Positions 49,260 to 60,430 of a stretch of DNA of 64,000 bases are shown here, one piece after another. How positions within the stretch are numbered: position 1 is the stretch's first letter; each line of letters opens with the position of its first letter. The stretch comes from Haliotis rufescens (taxonomy: Eukaryota): positions 14,384,001 to 14,448,000 of the forward strand of contig NW_025963779.1 in the NCBI RefSeq assembly GCF_023055435.1, given 5' to 3'. The notes beneath the pieces are model-generated. The model had not been told where the DNA came from, made no database searches, and was given only the letters and a program-made list of their open reading frames with translations. Position numbers and translations under genes: made by a program.

Positions 49260-49558
49260 GTGAGTGAGTGAGTGAGTGAGTGAGTGAGTGAGTTGGGTTT
49301 AACGCCGCTTTTAACAGTGTTTCAGTTATATCGCGGCGTATCAGCTTAATGTGGGAGGAAAGCCCGAAGTGATGCAGGTCTCAGACGTTTATCGCTTCGT
49401 TGAAACCCACGAGCACGGGTATGGTGCTGACAAACCTAGAAACATAATCGTGGCGAACCGGGATTCGAACCCACAATCATAGGTTTCTGGCGTGCCGAAG
49501 GGACGCAACTCTGCACAGCGAATCGCGGCGCCTTAGGCGACTGGGCCACCCGTGCCCC
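49260..49558 (-). mobile_element. Family B SINE nested in an old family A copy (about 49190-49725)
   Basis: Perfect 13-bp TSD GCGACTTGGTTGA (49247-49259, 49559-49571). Confidence 0.92.
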
Positions 49559-49819
49559 GCGACTTGGTTGAAACGCATGTCATCGTTACTCAACGGCGTG
49601 GATCGTTGCTAAATATGCATCACCGGTTTGTCTTGACCAGATTCAATGATTTACAGGCTGTACTAGTGCTGATTGTAGTGACAAACAAAGAAACAACAAA
49701 CAAACAAACAAACCGTCAAACAAACAGAGTATTGGAAAATATTTTTCAGATGCTACAATCATACTGAAATGTCCATAGAATGACAGTATTTACAACAGCA
49801 CTAACAGATAGTAATGAAC

Positions 49820-50028
49820 ACGTGGGGATTCGGCTTAGGGTTGGTCCCGGGCAACCGATGCTGTTCGTAAGAGGCGAGCAAGTGGATAGGGTGGTCAGGA
49901 TCTGTTGCTTGGTTTACTGTGCTACATCGTACCACGATTGTTGGAGTGGATTTGTGTTCACGATATCAATCACCAGATTGTCTGGTCTGGTATCGACAGG
50001 GCGCATCCTTATAGCTGGAACAATAACA
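49820..50028 (+). mobile_element. Degenerate family A SINE followed by a (CA/CG)n microsatellite
   Basis: GCAACCGATGCTGTTCGTAAGAGGCGA, GGTGGTCAGG, GATATCAATCACCAGATTGTCTGGTC, TATAGCTGGAA. Confidence 0.6.
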
Positions 50029-50521
50029 CTCACGCGCACACGCGCACACGCGCACACACGCACACACGCACACGTGCACATACGCACACTCACACACACA
50101 CCAGGCTACCCCAAAGCCACAAATAACGGATCTTATGTTTTCATTGAAGTGAGTGCGTGAGCAAATGTTCAGTTGTGTTGCAGCCAGCGCATTCAGGGTG
50201 TGTTGTCAATAATAGAACCTGGATCAGAATGTTTGAGAATGAACCACGGGCACGATCAAAGCTGTAGGGATACAGTGTCAAACAGGAATATCATTCTTTG
50301 TAAACATCACTCGTTTATATAATTATGCTCTTGGCATGGGTTTCAAGTGGAAACAAGACCGCCTCCGACCCGTGGTCAAGTGGATAGAGCGTCCGCCCGG
50401 AGAGCTGAAGGTCGGGGGTTCTGTTCTCTGGCCGCGTCATAACAAAAGACGTTAAAAGATGGTACTTGTTGTTATACTGCCAGGCGTCGACTTTAATGGG
50501 ATAAAGCAAGGACTTGTGAGT

Positions 50522-50685
50522 GAATGTGTGAGTTTGGTTGTACGCCGCTTTTAGCAATATTCCAGCAATATCACGGCGGGGGACACCAGAAATGGGCTTC
50601 ACACATTGTACCCATGTCGGGATTCGAACCTGGGTCTTCGGCGTGACGAGCGAACGTTTTAACCACTAGGCTACCCGACCGCCCC
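50522..50685 (-). mobile_element. Family D SINE nested in a family C SINE (about 50358-50735, + strand)
   Basis: TSD CAA(G/A)GACTTGTGAGT at 50507-50521 and 50686-50700. Confidence 0.9.
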
Positions 50686-51040
50686 CAAAGACTTGTGAGT
50701 ATACTGTGTCCGAATGGTGTATTCATGTTAAACTACATGATCTCAGCACACACATACGCACTTACACACACATACACACACACACACACTCCCGCTTTCT
50801 TTCACACACACACACGCGCACGGACACACACACTTATATACTAATATTTCACGTCACTGATGGAAATAAGTAACAGAAATGAAATATATTCCTATGAAGA
50901 TTGCTGACGTACCTTTCTAAAGATGTCACTACTATGTAGTCTCAATGTAAATTTATGGATTTTCATTGATGCTTTGAACTGTGTACAGCGAAAAAACTTC
51001 GAGTGATTCAGGAAAACTGAATTATCTCTGTTTGTACTTT

Positions 51041-51581
51041 TCAAATTGATGAAGGTCTTAATTGGTTACATGGACATCCAGTTATACATCCATCTTCCAA
51101 TCGATATCCCGTGGTGTAACCAGTAATACATCCGTTACCATCTTCCAATCGATATCCCGTGGGGTAACCAGTAATACATCCGTTACCATCTTCCAATCGA
51201 CATCCCGTGGTGTAACCAGTAATACATCCGTTACCATCTTCCAATCGATATCCCGTGGTGTAACCAGTTATACATCCGTTACCATCTTCCAATCGACATC
51301 CCGTGGTGTAACCAGTTATACATCCGTTACCATCTTCCAATCGATATCCCGTGGTGTAACCAGTTATACATCCGTTACCATCTTCCAATCGACATCCCGT
51401 GGTGTAACCAGTTATACATCCGTTACCATCTTCCAATCGACATCCCGTGGTGTAACCAGTTATACATCCGTAACCATCTTCCAATCGACATCCCGTGGTG
51501 TAACCAGTTATACATCCGTTACCATCTTCCAATCGATATCCAATTGTGTAACCAGTTAATGTGCCTGAACTCCATTTTATT
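51041..51581 (-). CDS. Candidate terminal coding exon with 16-aa Cys/Gly repeats (LEDGNGCITGYTTGCR)
   Basis: Acceptor ATATATTTTCAG at 51582-51584. The frame is open from unique IKWSSGTLTGYTIGYR through the repeats to unique CITGCPCNQLRPSSI*. An open frame is also expected by chance in a 3n repeat. Confidence 0.3.
51076..51558. repeat. 48-bp minisatellite, about 10 copies
   Basis: Unit GTAACCAGTTATACATCCGTTACCATCTTCCAATCGACATCCCGTGGT. Confidence 0.95.
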
Positions 51582-53323
51582 CTGAAAATATATGATCATT
51601 ATATATTAGCACGACATGATATGAATTATAGGTACATGTAACAATACCACTGCAATGTGCTTAGTCACCTGAGCAATATGAATGCTAGATTTTAACGTCA
51701 CTTTGAACAGCAATTTGCGGAGCTTTATATGACTGGTTATCCGTGCCCGCGTCATCTGAGTATGCGAGTAAGTGAATAATTATTTTATGTCAAGGTCAGC
51801 AATATTTCCTCATCTTTAAAAATGAAAATTCTAAATTCCAATGCTGGATATCATGAGAGAAATGGAATTGTTGAGCATATCCTTTCTTTGGTAGTAGTTA
51901 CCAATATAATATTCCGTATCTTACAAAAACCGAACGCCTCGATATTCCCCAGAATATTGAATGCGTCCCTTACTCAAACTTGCTGTGTAAAGACAACTTG
52001 AAAAGTCCTGACATGATCACGATTAATGTCCCCACCCCCTCCCAATGACAATCCTAACATCAAGGCTTACTTTGGATTCCACGATTAAAGGTTTCCGCTA
52101 GGCAAATGTGCACAACGTTTGACAAAAGTGTTACACGTCACTCAACTGAAATTCTGCTCGAAGCGACACTGCGCGTTGTCACTCTTGCTCCGTGAACCGA
52201 GGAATGAACAATGACATTGAAAGTTAGAACTCTTAACTAGATTTATATGGAATTGCATGAAGTATCTAAACTATAAACTCACAGACATTTACTTGGTAAC
52301 AACTCACGTTTTTTTAACTAACCCTCACGCGCTTCTGACAGTTATTGCAAGGACAAGGGAATGCTGATTTTTTTTAAAAACATTATGAACTTTTCTTTCA
52401 TGACCGGTGGCGACATCAACATAACCGGAAGTAACGTATATTTTCGCGTCAACCACCCCCTTTCCCCAATCAATAAGCCCGACGTCCCCTAAAACGAAAA
52501 CAACCAAAAAAACCCAACAAAGAACAACAACAACAAAACCACCCCACTTGGTGACAGAAGCCGCAGAGTTGTCGAAATTGTTCTCAAATCCCCGTGTTCG
52601 TACTCCGAACTACGATGGAGTCTGATTCGGGGATGGTACTTTAGGAAAAAAGAAACCAATAAGGATACAGAAATCTTTAAAGTTTTTAGAAAAAGTATGA
52701 ACCAGGATGTCCAAAGAGATACCCAGACTCACATTTACATTTATAAAGTGAACATGCGTTATAAGCCGCAGGGTTAAAATGAGATAAATGTGTTATGACG
52801 TCATAGCATTCCAGCATGTCTCATGTCGCCGGCGGCTCCTTGAACTCAAGTACAAAGATTGCTACGGATAAGGTTGGAATATTGTTTTTGCGTTTGCATT
52901 GTCGATCTGAATTGACAATTTCTGATTTTCTATTTTTTCTTGGAGATTTGAAGGGGGAAATGTAACAATTGTTTTCGATGCCCAGACATTTTAACATTTA
53001 AAACCTCCGTTCCAAATGATCTGTCTAGGATATGGAAATGTGATTTCTACGTGATCACGTGGGCGCGAGCCCAACCAACAATACACGTGCAAGATGTGTT
53101 GTGATGTCATTATTTTCTCACTCAATAAATGAAAAAATCAAATGAATACTACAAGGAATCTGTTTTGTCTTTTCCCCATTTTGACTCCAGCTAGAAACAG
53201 GGGTGACATGTAGTAACCATGAAGATTGTTATTGGAACAGTAGTCACAATGGGAAGACACCCTCGCTCTTGTTGGGTAGTCAATACTGTAAAGACAAAAC
53301 ACTTTCATTGTATAGGCCAGGCT

Positions 53324-55159
53324 GCTGACTTGGCCTTCAGCAACCCATGCTTGTCGTAAGAGACGACAAACCGGTTCGGATGGCCAGGATAGCTGACTTG
53401 GCCTTCAGCAACCCATGCGTGTCGTAAGAGACGACAAACCGGTTCGGGTGGCAAGGATCGCTGACTTGGCCTTCAGCAACCCATGCTTGTCGTAAGAGAC
53501 GACAAACCGGTTCGGGTGGCAAGGATCGCTGACTTGGCCTTCAGCAACCCATGCTTGTCGTAAGAGACGACAAACCGGTTCGGATGGCCAGGATCGCTGA
53601 CTTGGCCTTCAGCAACCCATGCTTGTCGTAAGAGACGACAAACCGGTTCGGATGGCCAGGATCGCTGACTTGGCTTTCAGCAACCCATGCTTGTCGTAAG
53701 AGACGACAAACCGGTTCGGGTGGCCAGGATCGCTGACTTGGCCTTCAGCAACCCATGCTTGTCGTAAGAGACGACAAACCGGTTCGGATGGCCAGGATCG
53801 CTGACTTGGCCTTCAGCAACCCATGCTTGTCGTAAGAGACGACAAACCGGTTCGGATGGCCAGGATCGCTGACTTGGCTTTCAGCAACCCATGCTTGTCG
53901 TAAGAGACGACAAACCGGTTCGGATGGCCAGGATCGCTGACTTGGCCTTCAGCAACCCATGCTTGTCGTAAGAGACGACAAACCGGTTCGGATGGCCAGG
54001 ATCGCTGACTTGGCCTTCAGCAACCCATGCTTGTCGTAAGAGACGACAAACCGGTTCGGATGGCCAGGATCGCTGACTTGGCCTTCAGCAACCCATGCTT
54101 GTCGTAAGAGACGACAAACCGGTTCGGATGGCCAGGATCGCTGACTTGGCCTTCAGCAACCCATGCTTGTCGTAAGAGACGACAAACCGGTTCGGATGGC
54201 CAGGATCGCTGACTTGGCTTTCAGCAACCCATGCTTGTCGTAAGAGACGACAAACCGGTTCGGGTGGCCAGGATCGCTGACTTGGCCTTCAGCAACCCAT
54301 GCTTGTCGTAAGAGACGACAAACCGGTTCGGATGGCCAGGATCGCTGACTTGGCCTTCAGCAACCCATGCTTGTCGTAAGAGACGACAAACCGGTTCGGA
54401 TGGCCAGGATCGCTGACTTGGCTTTCAGCAACCCATGCTTGTCGTAAGAGACGACAAACCGGTTCGGATGGCCAGGATCGCTGACTTGGCCTTCAGCAAC
54501 CCATGCTTGTCGTAAGAGACGACAAACCGGTTCGGATGGCCAGGATCGCTGACTTGGCCTTCAGCAACCCATGCTTGTCGTAAGAGACGACAAACCGGTT
54601 CGGATGGCCAGGATCGCTGACTTGGCTTTCAGCAACCCATGCTTGTCGTAAGAGACGACAAACCGGTTCGGATGGCCAGGATCGCTGACTTGGCCTTCAG
54701 CAACCCATGCTTGTCGTAAGAGACGACAAACCGGTTCGGATGGCCAGGATCGCTGACTTGGCCTTCAGCAACCCATGCTTGTCGTAAGAGACGACAAACC
54801 GGTTCGGATGGCCAGGATCGCTGACTTGGCCTTCAGCAACCCATGCTTGTCGTAAGAGACGACAAACCGGTTCGGATGGCCAGGATCGCTGACTTGGCCT
54901 TCAGCAACACATGCTTGTCGTAAGAGACGACAAACCGGTTCGGATGGCCAGGATCGCTGACTTGGCCTTCAGCAACCCATGCTTGTCGTAAGAGACGACA
55001 AACCGGTTCGGATGGCCAGGATCGCTGACTTGGCCTTCAGCAACACATGCTTGTCGTAAGAGACGACAAACCGGTTCGGGTGGCCAGGATCGCTGACTTG
55101 GCCTTCAGCAACCCATGCTTGTCGTAAGAGACGACAAACCGGTTCGGGTGGCCAAGATC
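53324..55159 (+). repeat. 68-bp satellite, 27 copies, derived from the 5' part of a family A SINE
   Basis: Unit GCTGACTTGGCCTTCAGCAACCCATGCTTGTCGTAAGAGACGACAAACCGGTTCGGATGGCCAGGATC; 53324 to 55092 = 26 x 68. It continues into the SINE body and tail (55160-55290). Confidence 0.97.
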
Positions 55160-55599
55160 GCTGATTTGATCGATTACTTGCCATCGTATCACAATTGCTT
55201 ATCACAACTGGATTGTCTTGTCCAGACTCAATTTGTTGCAGACCGCCATTATATAGTTGGAATATTGCGGATTGCGACGTTAAACAATAAGGGAACTAAA
55301 CTTTGTATTGGCATTAACGGCAACGTCATGGTATCACGCAAAAACCGGGTGTCATCACTATTTGATAATGATAATCATTCATAGATACCAGCTCATGATA
55401 CTGTCCAAATCGTTAGATGGACTTTGCTTGTAGTACTGTAACAGATTTCTAATGATTGTGGATTATTTATTTAAATGCCTTTTTTGTCGCTTTTATTTAT
55501 TATACATTGCAAACTGCTTCCGTCAGCCACATAGAATTGTGTCATGGGAAACATATCTATTACAATATATAATAAGTGTACAATAAATATGTAAAAATC

Positions 55600-55745
55600 G
55601 GTGAGTGAGTATGGTTTTACGCCGCTAATAAGCATCATTATCACACCAAAATGAACTTCACACATTGAACCCCTGTGATGAAACCGGACGCGGGCTTTCG
55701 GCGTGACGAACGAACGCTTTAACCACTAGGAAACCCCCTCGCCCT
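55600..55745 (-). mobile_element. Degenerate family D SINE
   Basis: GTGAGTGAGTATGGTTTTACGCCGC tail; TTCGGCGTGACGAACGAACGCTTTAACCACTAGG head; AAAATC(G/A)GT flanks. Confidence 0.75.
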
Positions 55746-55800
55746 CAAAATCAGTACGTCCATGGCAGTGCATGAAGTATCAATACATGGTCATACTTAC

Positions 55801-55876
55801 AGGCTAGTGAATGCACGGACTCAATAAGGGCAGCCAGCAAGAGAAAGAGAAGAAACAGCTTCATCTTGGAGATCAT
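55801..55876 (-). CDS. Candidate first coding exon of a secreted protein (signal peptide MISKMKLFLLFLLLAALIESVHS-LA)
   Basis: Exon 55893-55801 is bounded by acceptor TTTGATCCAG and strong donor T|GTAAGTATG (phase 1); classic n/h/c signal-peptide pattern. Confidence 0.55.
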
Positions 55877-56017
55877 CGTGACGAATGAGATGTCTGGATC
55901 AAATGACACAAAATATAATATACAGATATCGCTAAGTGACAATTGACATGTTGGCAACATGTTGCAATCTTATGATAAATCTCATGCCTTTCGGCATTTG
56001 CATGTTTGTCGCACGTT

Positions 56018-56311
56018 TGTTGTTGGTTGGTTGGTTGGTTGGTTGGTTGGTTGTTGTTGGTTGGTTGGTTGGTTGGTTGGTTGTTTTACGCCGCACACAG
56101 CAATATTCCAGCTATATGACGGCGGTCTGTAAATAATCGAGTCTGGACCAGACAATCCAGCGATCGATATCATGAGCATCGATCCACGCAATTGGGATCG
56201 ATGACATGCATTAGCCAAGTCAGCGAGCCTGATCACCCGATCCCGTTAGTCGCCTTTTACGACAAGCATGGGTTGCTGAGGACCTATTCTACCCCGGAAT
56301 CTTCACGGGTC
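56018..56311 (-). mobile_element. Family A SINE, full length, with (GTTG)n tail
   Basis: 5' end CTTCACGGGTC at 56311; single GTCG hairpin module. Confidence 0.9.
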
Positions 56312-56639
56312 GTTTGTGTCCGGGACAAAATCTAAATGCGATTGAATCTTAAAATATATATGTTAAATCTTAAACCCTCACTGCGCAGTTTTCGTTTGGG
56401 GTCGAGATGCCATTGTTGTTTGTTTGTTTATTTGTTTCTTGTTTTACGGTTGCATTGTCTCTCTGGACGTCGCTCAACAAGCGATGTCACACAGCATTTA
56501 TAGAATAATACAAACACTCTCGCATTCAGCAGGCATTTTTCCTTCATGTATCCATCCACTCACTGACATGTATAAAAAGTTCATCCAGCTTCACCTGGCT
56601 CTCCACATTTTGACCACAAAAACACTTCAGCATGCATTG

Positions 56640-56830
56640 TTCGTTGTTTGTTTGGGACACTCAGCAATATTTCAGCACTATGAAGGTGGTCTGTAAATAG
56701 TCGTGTCTGGACCAGATACTCTTCAAGTGATTGATATCATGATCATCGTTCTGCGCAAATGGGATACGATGACATGCATCAACCAATGTCTGACCACAAC
56801 ATCCCGTTAGTCTTCTAGCAACGACAAGCA
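56640..56830 (-). mobile_element. Degenerate family A SINE
   Basis: ACTCAGCAATATTTCAGC ... GTCTGGACCAGA ... GGGATACGATGACATGCATCAACCAA ... TCCCGTTAGTC. Confidence 0.75.
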
Positions 56831-57089
56831 AAAACTATGCTATTTGAAGGTACACTACAGAAGTATGTACAATTATGTAACTTTGTCTTGTCTTTTAAAT
56901 AATTTCAGAATTTTCTGCTGGATCCACACATTCATATTACAATGAATCTGTCGCTCTTTCAAAATAAGGTATAGAATGTACGTACGTTACCCTTTTTTAG
57001 ATAACACAGACTGCGTTATCCAATCGGATGCTTTTAAACTGTACAAAACAAATGCAAGCAAGGAACACTGGCAATGATTCTAAGGGCAC

Positions 57090-57212
57090 CTGTCACATCC
57101 TTCTAGAGCTCCTACTTGCGTCCGGGATTCGAACCCACACTGCCAGTGTGAGGGACCTAATAGCCAGCACACAAAGTCAGCGATCTAACCCACTCAGCCA
57201 CTGAGGCTTCCA
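57090..57212 (-). mobile_element. tRNA-like (pol III A/B box) repeat of uncertain class
   Basis: Reverse complement GAAGCCTCAGTGGCTGAGTGGGTTAGATCGCTGAC...GTGGGTTCGAATCCCGG; no intact cloverleaf. Confidence 0.5.
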
Positions 57213-57457
57213 CAAAAATGAAAGTCCGTCTAGATCACGTACTATGTGTGTCCCTCTGACAAGTGTTTGATATACGTGTATGTGAATATCACAAACACAG
57301 TGTCAGGCAAACAATTACATGGAGATTCCAGGCAGAACACGACCTCAGTACCCGACTTGCGTGGAGGTTACAAATATATTACACATGCTTAGATTAGCAA
57401 TGTTCTCATTTACCATTAACGACTTTAAATGTGATTCGTCAGTCACTTGATTCTCTG

Positions 57458-57689
57458 GACCTGTCAAGATCCGGGGTAGAATATGTCTTCAGCAACCCAT
57501 ACTTGCCGTAAAAGGCGCCTATTCTTGTCGTAAGGGGCGACTAACGGGATCGAGTGGTCAGGCTCGCTAATTTGGCTGATGTATGTCAAATCCCTGGAAT
57601 GTCTGGTCTAGACTCGATTATTTACAGACTGCCGTCATATCGTTGGAATGTTGCTGAGTGGAGCGTTAAGAAACAAACAAACAAAACAA
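57458..57689 (+). mobile_element. Family A SINE with TSD
   Basis: TSD ACTTGATTCTCTGG at 57445-57458 and 57690-57703; begins GACCTGTCAAGATCCGGGGTAGAA. Confidence 0.9.
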
Positions 57690-57725
57690 ACTTGATTCTC
57701 TGGTTTGTTCACAGGTCGCCGTGGC

Positions 57726-58087
57726 GGTAAGGTGAGATGAGGTGAGGTGTAATGGGGTTTAACGTCGCAGATTATTGCACTTGTATAGCGACGTGCATGT
57801 ACGTGTGTGTGTTTGTGTGGCTGCTTGTACTAGTCCGGACTGATGCCGGTTTATAGTGCTAGCTCACTGAGATACCATACCGCAGTTTAACATGAATACC
57901 CCACTCAGACATAGTATACTGACTCCGAGCCGACCAGCCCTTGTTTTAGCCCCTTAATGCCGAGCGCCAGACAGGGTAACAACAAGTATCATCTTTTAAC
58001 GTCTTTTGGTATGACGCGGCCGGGGATCGAACCCCAGACCTTCCGCTCTCCGGGCGGACGCTCTACCACTAGACCACGGAGGCGGTC
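57726..58087 (-). mobile_element. SINE family C (tRNA head + Meta/MESC-like domain), full length
   Basis: TSD GGTCGC(C/G)GTGGC at 57714-57725 and 58089-58100. The body GTCATACCAAAAGACGTTAAAAGATGATACTTGTTG...GGCGCTCGGCATTAAGGG resembles the MetaSINE domain. Confidence 0.88.
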
Positions 58088-58424
58088 TGGTCGCGGTGGC
58101 AGGAGTACTGATGTGCAGCTTCAGGCAACAAAATTTTGATGCAAACTGTGTGAGAAGCTGGTGCTACCGGTAGAGCAGGACCCTTGTCGCGAACACCTGG
58201 TGTCATCACCGATCTTTAGTGATCCATTCATATCGTTTTCACAGCTAGTTTGACTTAACGCCCAATGTAAACAGTTGCGGCGGATAATAGAGACTGGAAA
58301 TGACGATTTATGTATCTATATTTGTCATATTCAAATACAAATGAAGCTGTATCGCAGATGCACGTATTTGAGCGAGTTTGGACAAGAGGAACCAGAGACT
58401 TCTACCATGAGAAACGCTAAACAT

Positions 58425-58560
58425 CCTCTCCGTGGGCTAGTGTGGATAGAGCATCTGCCCGGAGAGCGGAAGGTCGGTGGTTCGATCCCCGGCCATGTCA
58501 TACCAAAAGACGTTGAAAGATACGTGGCACTCGGGGGCCAAAACAAGGAGTTGGTGTAAG
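58425..58560 (+). mobile_element. Partial family C SINE
   Basis: CTCCGTGGGCTAGTGTGG...GGTTCGATCCCCGGCCATGTCATACCAAAAGACG. Confidence 0.75.
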
Positions 58561-58653
58561 GAGTAAAAACGTGCATGCTCGTCGCTAAAGAAGTGAAATA
58601 ATCTTCCATCTTAATCCCTAAAGGCTCTCAAAATGTGCAAGTGCTTCAAACTA

Positions 58654-58828
58654 CAGTAAACTACGGTTATAACGAACTTAAAGGGACCACTAGTTTTAGT
58701 TCGTTTTAACCGTAGTTCGTTATAAGCATATATACAGCATAAGTACAGCAAATAGTCGGGACTAAAAAGTTAGTTCGTTATATCCGTCAGTTCGTTATAA
58801 GCGTGTTCGTTATAACCGTAGTTTACTG
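58654..58828. mobile_element. Tc1/mariner-pogo type MITE, 175 bp
   Basis: Perfect 24-bp TIR CAGTAAACTACGGTTATAACGAAC, TA on both sides, internal GTTCGTTATA repeats. Confidence 0.93.
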
Positions 58829-59105
58829 TACTGGTGAATACAAGAACAATATATCAAAGTGATCACTAGTGTACCCTTGTTGGGAAACATCAATGTTCTT
58901 CTAAACATGTGTGTTCATTGCCAGATAGCAAGACTTTAGATATAGGATCCGATCTGTTGATTATGACGTCACGACAGAACTCACTTTCGTTGTCATATGC
59001 TCCTAATAAAGCTGCACGTAATCGTTTAAACTTAGTGTCCCTCAATACAGATTAAACATTATTTCCCAATGTTTAATTAACAAAATGATGAAAATTAGTA
59101 TAAAC

Positions 59106-59382
59106 TTTTCTTTCTTTTTTTCTTTTGTGTTGTTTAACGCCGCACTCGGCAATATTCCAGCTATATGACGGCGGTCTGTAAATAATCGAGTCTGGACCAG
59201 ACAATCCAGTGATTGATATCATGAGCATCGATCGACGCAATTGGGATCGATGACCGTGCATCAACCAAGTCAGTGAGCCTGACCACCCGATCCCGTTAGT
59301 CGCCTTTTACGACAAGCATAGTCGCCTTTTACGACAAGCATGGGTTGCTGAAGACCTGTTCTACCCCGGATCTTCACGGGTC
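59106..59382 (-). mobile_element. Family A SINE, full length, best-preserved copy
   Basis: TSD TAGTAT(A/C)AAC at 59096-59105 and 59383-59392. Confidence 0.92.
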
Positions 59383-59729
59383 TAGTATCAACAATAACGT
59401 TTAAAGTCTTATCTTATTTTATTTTAAGAAACATATTTTGTTGCAGACAGCTGCGGAAGATACTTCCTTAGTAATTGGCTCTGGGGATGTGTAGCTTCGA
59501 GCTTTCACTCTTCGGTGGCATTCCCAAGGATATAAATTTCTGTTCATATGTAGAACAAGTGAATTGATGCTTTAAAATTAAGTAACATTCTCAGCCAAAA
59601 ATCAGTTTCCCTAAATGTACCACAATATTTCAAATGACAGGAACCAACAAGAGGAACGTGCTGCAGAAAGCGGACTTGGCCTCTCATGATGTAGATACTA
59701 TTACTTGTGGTTTCCAAGATTTATCACAC

Positions 59730-60430
59730 TCCTTCCACCCTGTTAGCAATATAATAAATGGGCAGTTTCTATACTGCTGAAAATAACAACCTCCGTCGGT
59801 TATTCAAATCTTGACCAAAACATCGTGAACGGCCTGCTACCAACTGGAATCACAACTTTAAAATCTTTATCAATACTCTCGAAGCATATGCAAAAAAAGA
59901 GGAGACGAACCTGCTGAGTTGGTAAGTCAGTATGCGATGTTGCCATTGGCAGAATGCAAAAAGTGCAAAAGAGGACACAGAATTGTATTAAACCCATTGT
60001 GTCCTAGACTGTTGTGTTTCAAAATATGAAGTTTTATCCCACTGGCAAGCCAAAATGAACATAACCATTACATGTAAGCGTCTTTACATCAATTGCTATA
60101 TCACAGAACTTGGTATAAGTGTTATATCAATACCACGTTTAACACCAAGAAGTAAAGTGGGGAAGGAATCGGTACTATGCACTTTTGACTTTCACTCTAA
60201 CACAAAAAAACCATATCCATTCTTCTTTTGTACTGGATACCAAAGACGAAAAGAAAAGAAATCAAATCCCACGTGAAGTTTACTGAGAAAACAATATTTG
60301 AAGTGCAGGGCTTTATAATGTATTACATGTACATGTATGTAAAATTTTGGGATTTGACATGCAGGCAAGAAGTAGGCATCTCCATGGACACCAATTGTGC
60401 TTCCCTCCTTACTGATTTGTTTCTTTCCGC
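59730..60430 (+). mobile_element. Penelope-like retroelement relic (degenerate RT ORF)
   Basis: Collinear motifs across stops and frameshifts: NNNLRRLFKS*PKHRE..NWNHNFKI (KGPKYREP-like), ITCKRLYINCYITELGI, LYWIPK, RQEVGISMDTNCASLLTDLFL (QxxGIPMGTNCAPLLADLFL-like). Confidence 0.8.

Noticed and set aside
59800-59997. Signal-peptide-like ORF MGLIQFCVLFCTFCILPMATS on the minus strand
   Set aside because: It lies antisense to a recognisable Penelope-like relic.
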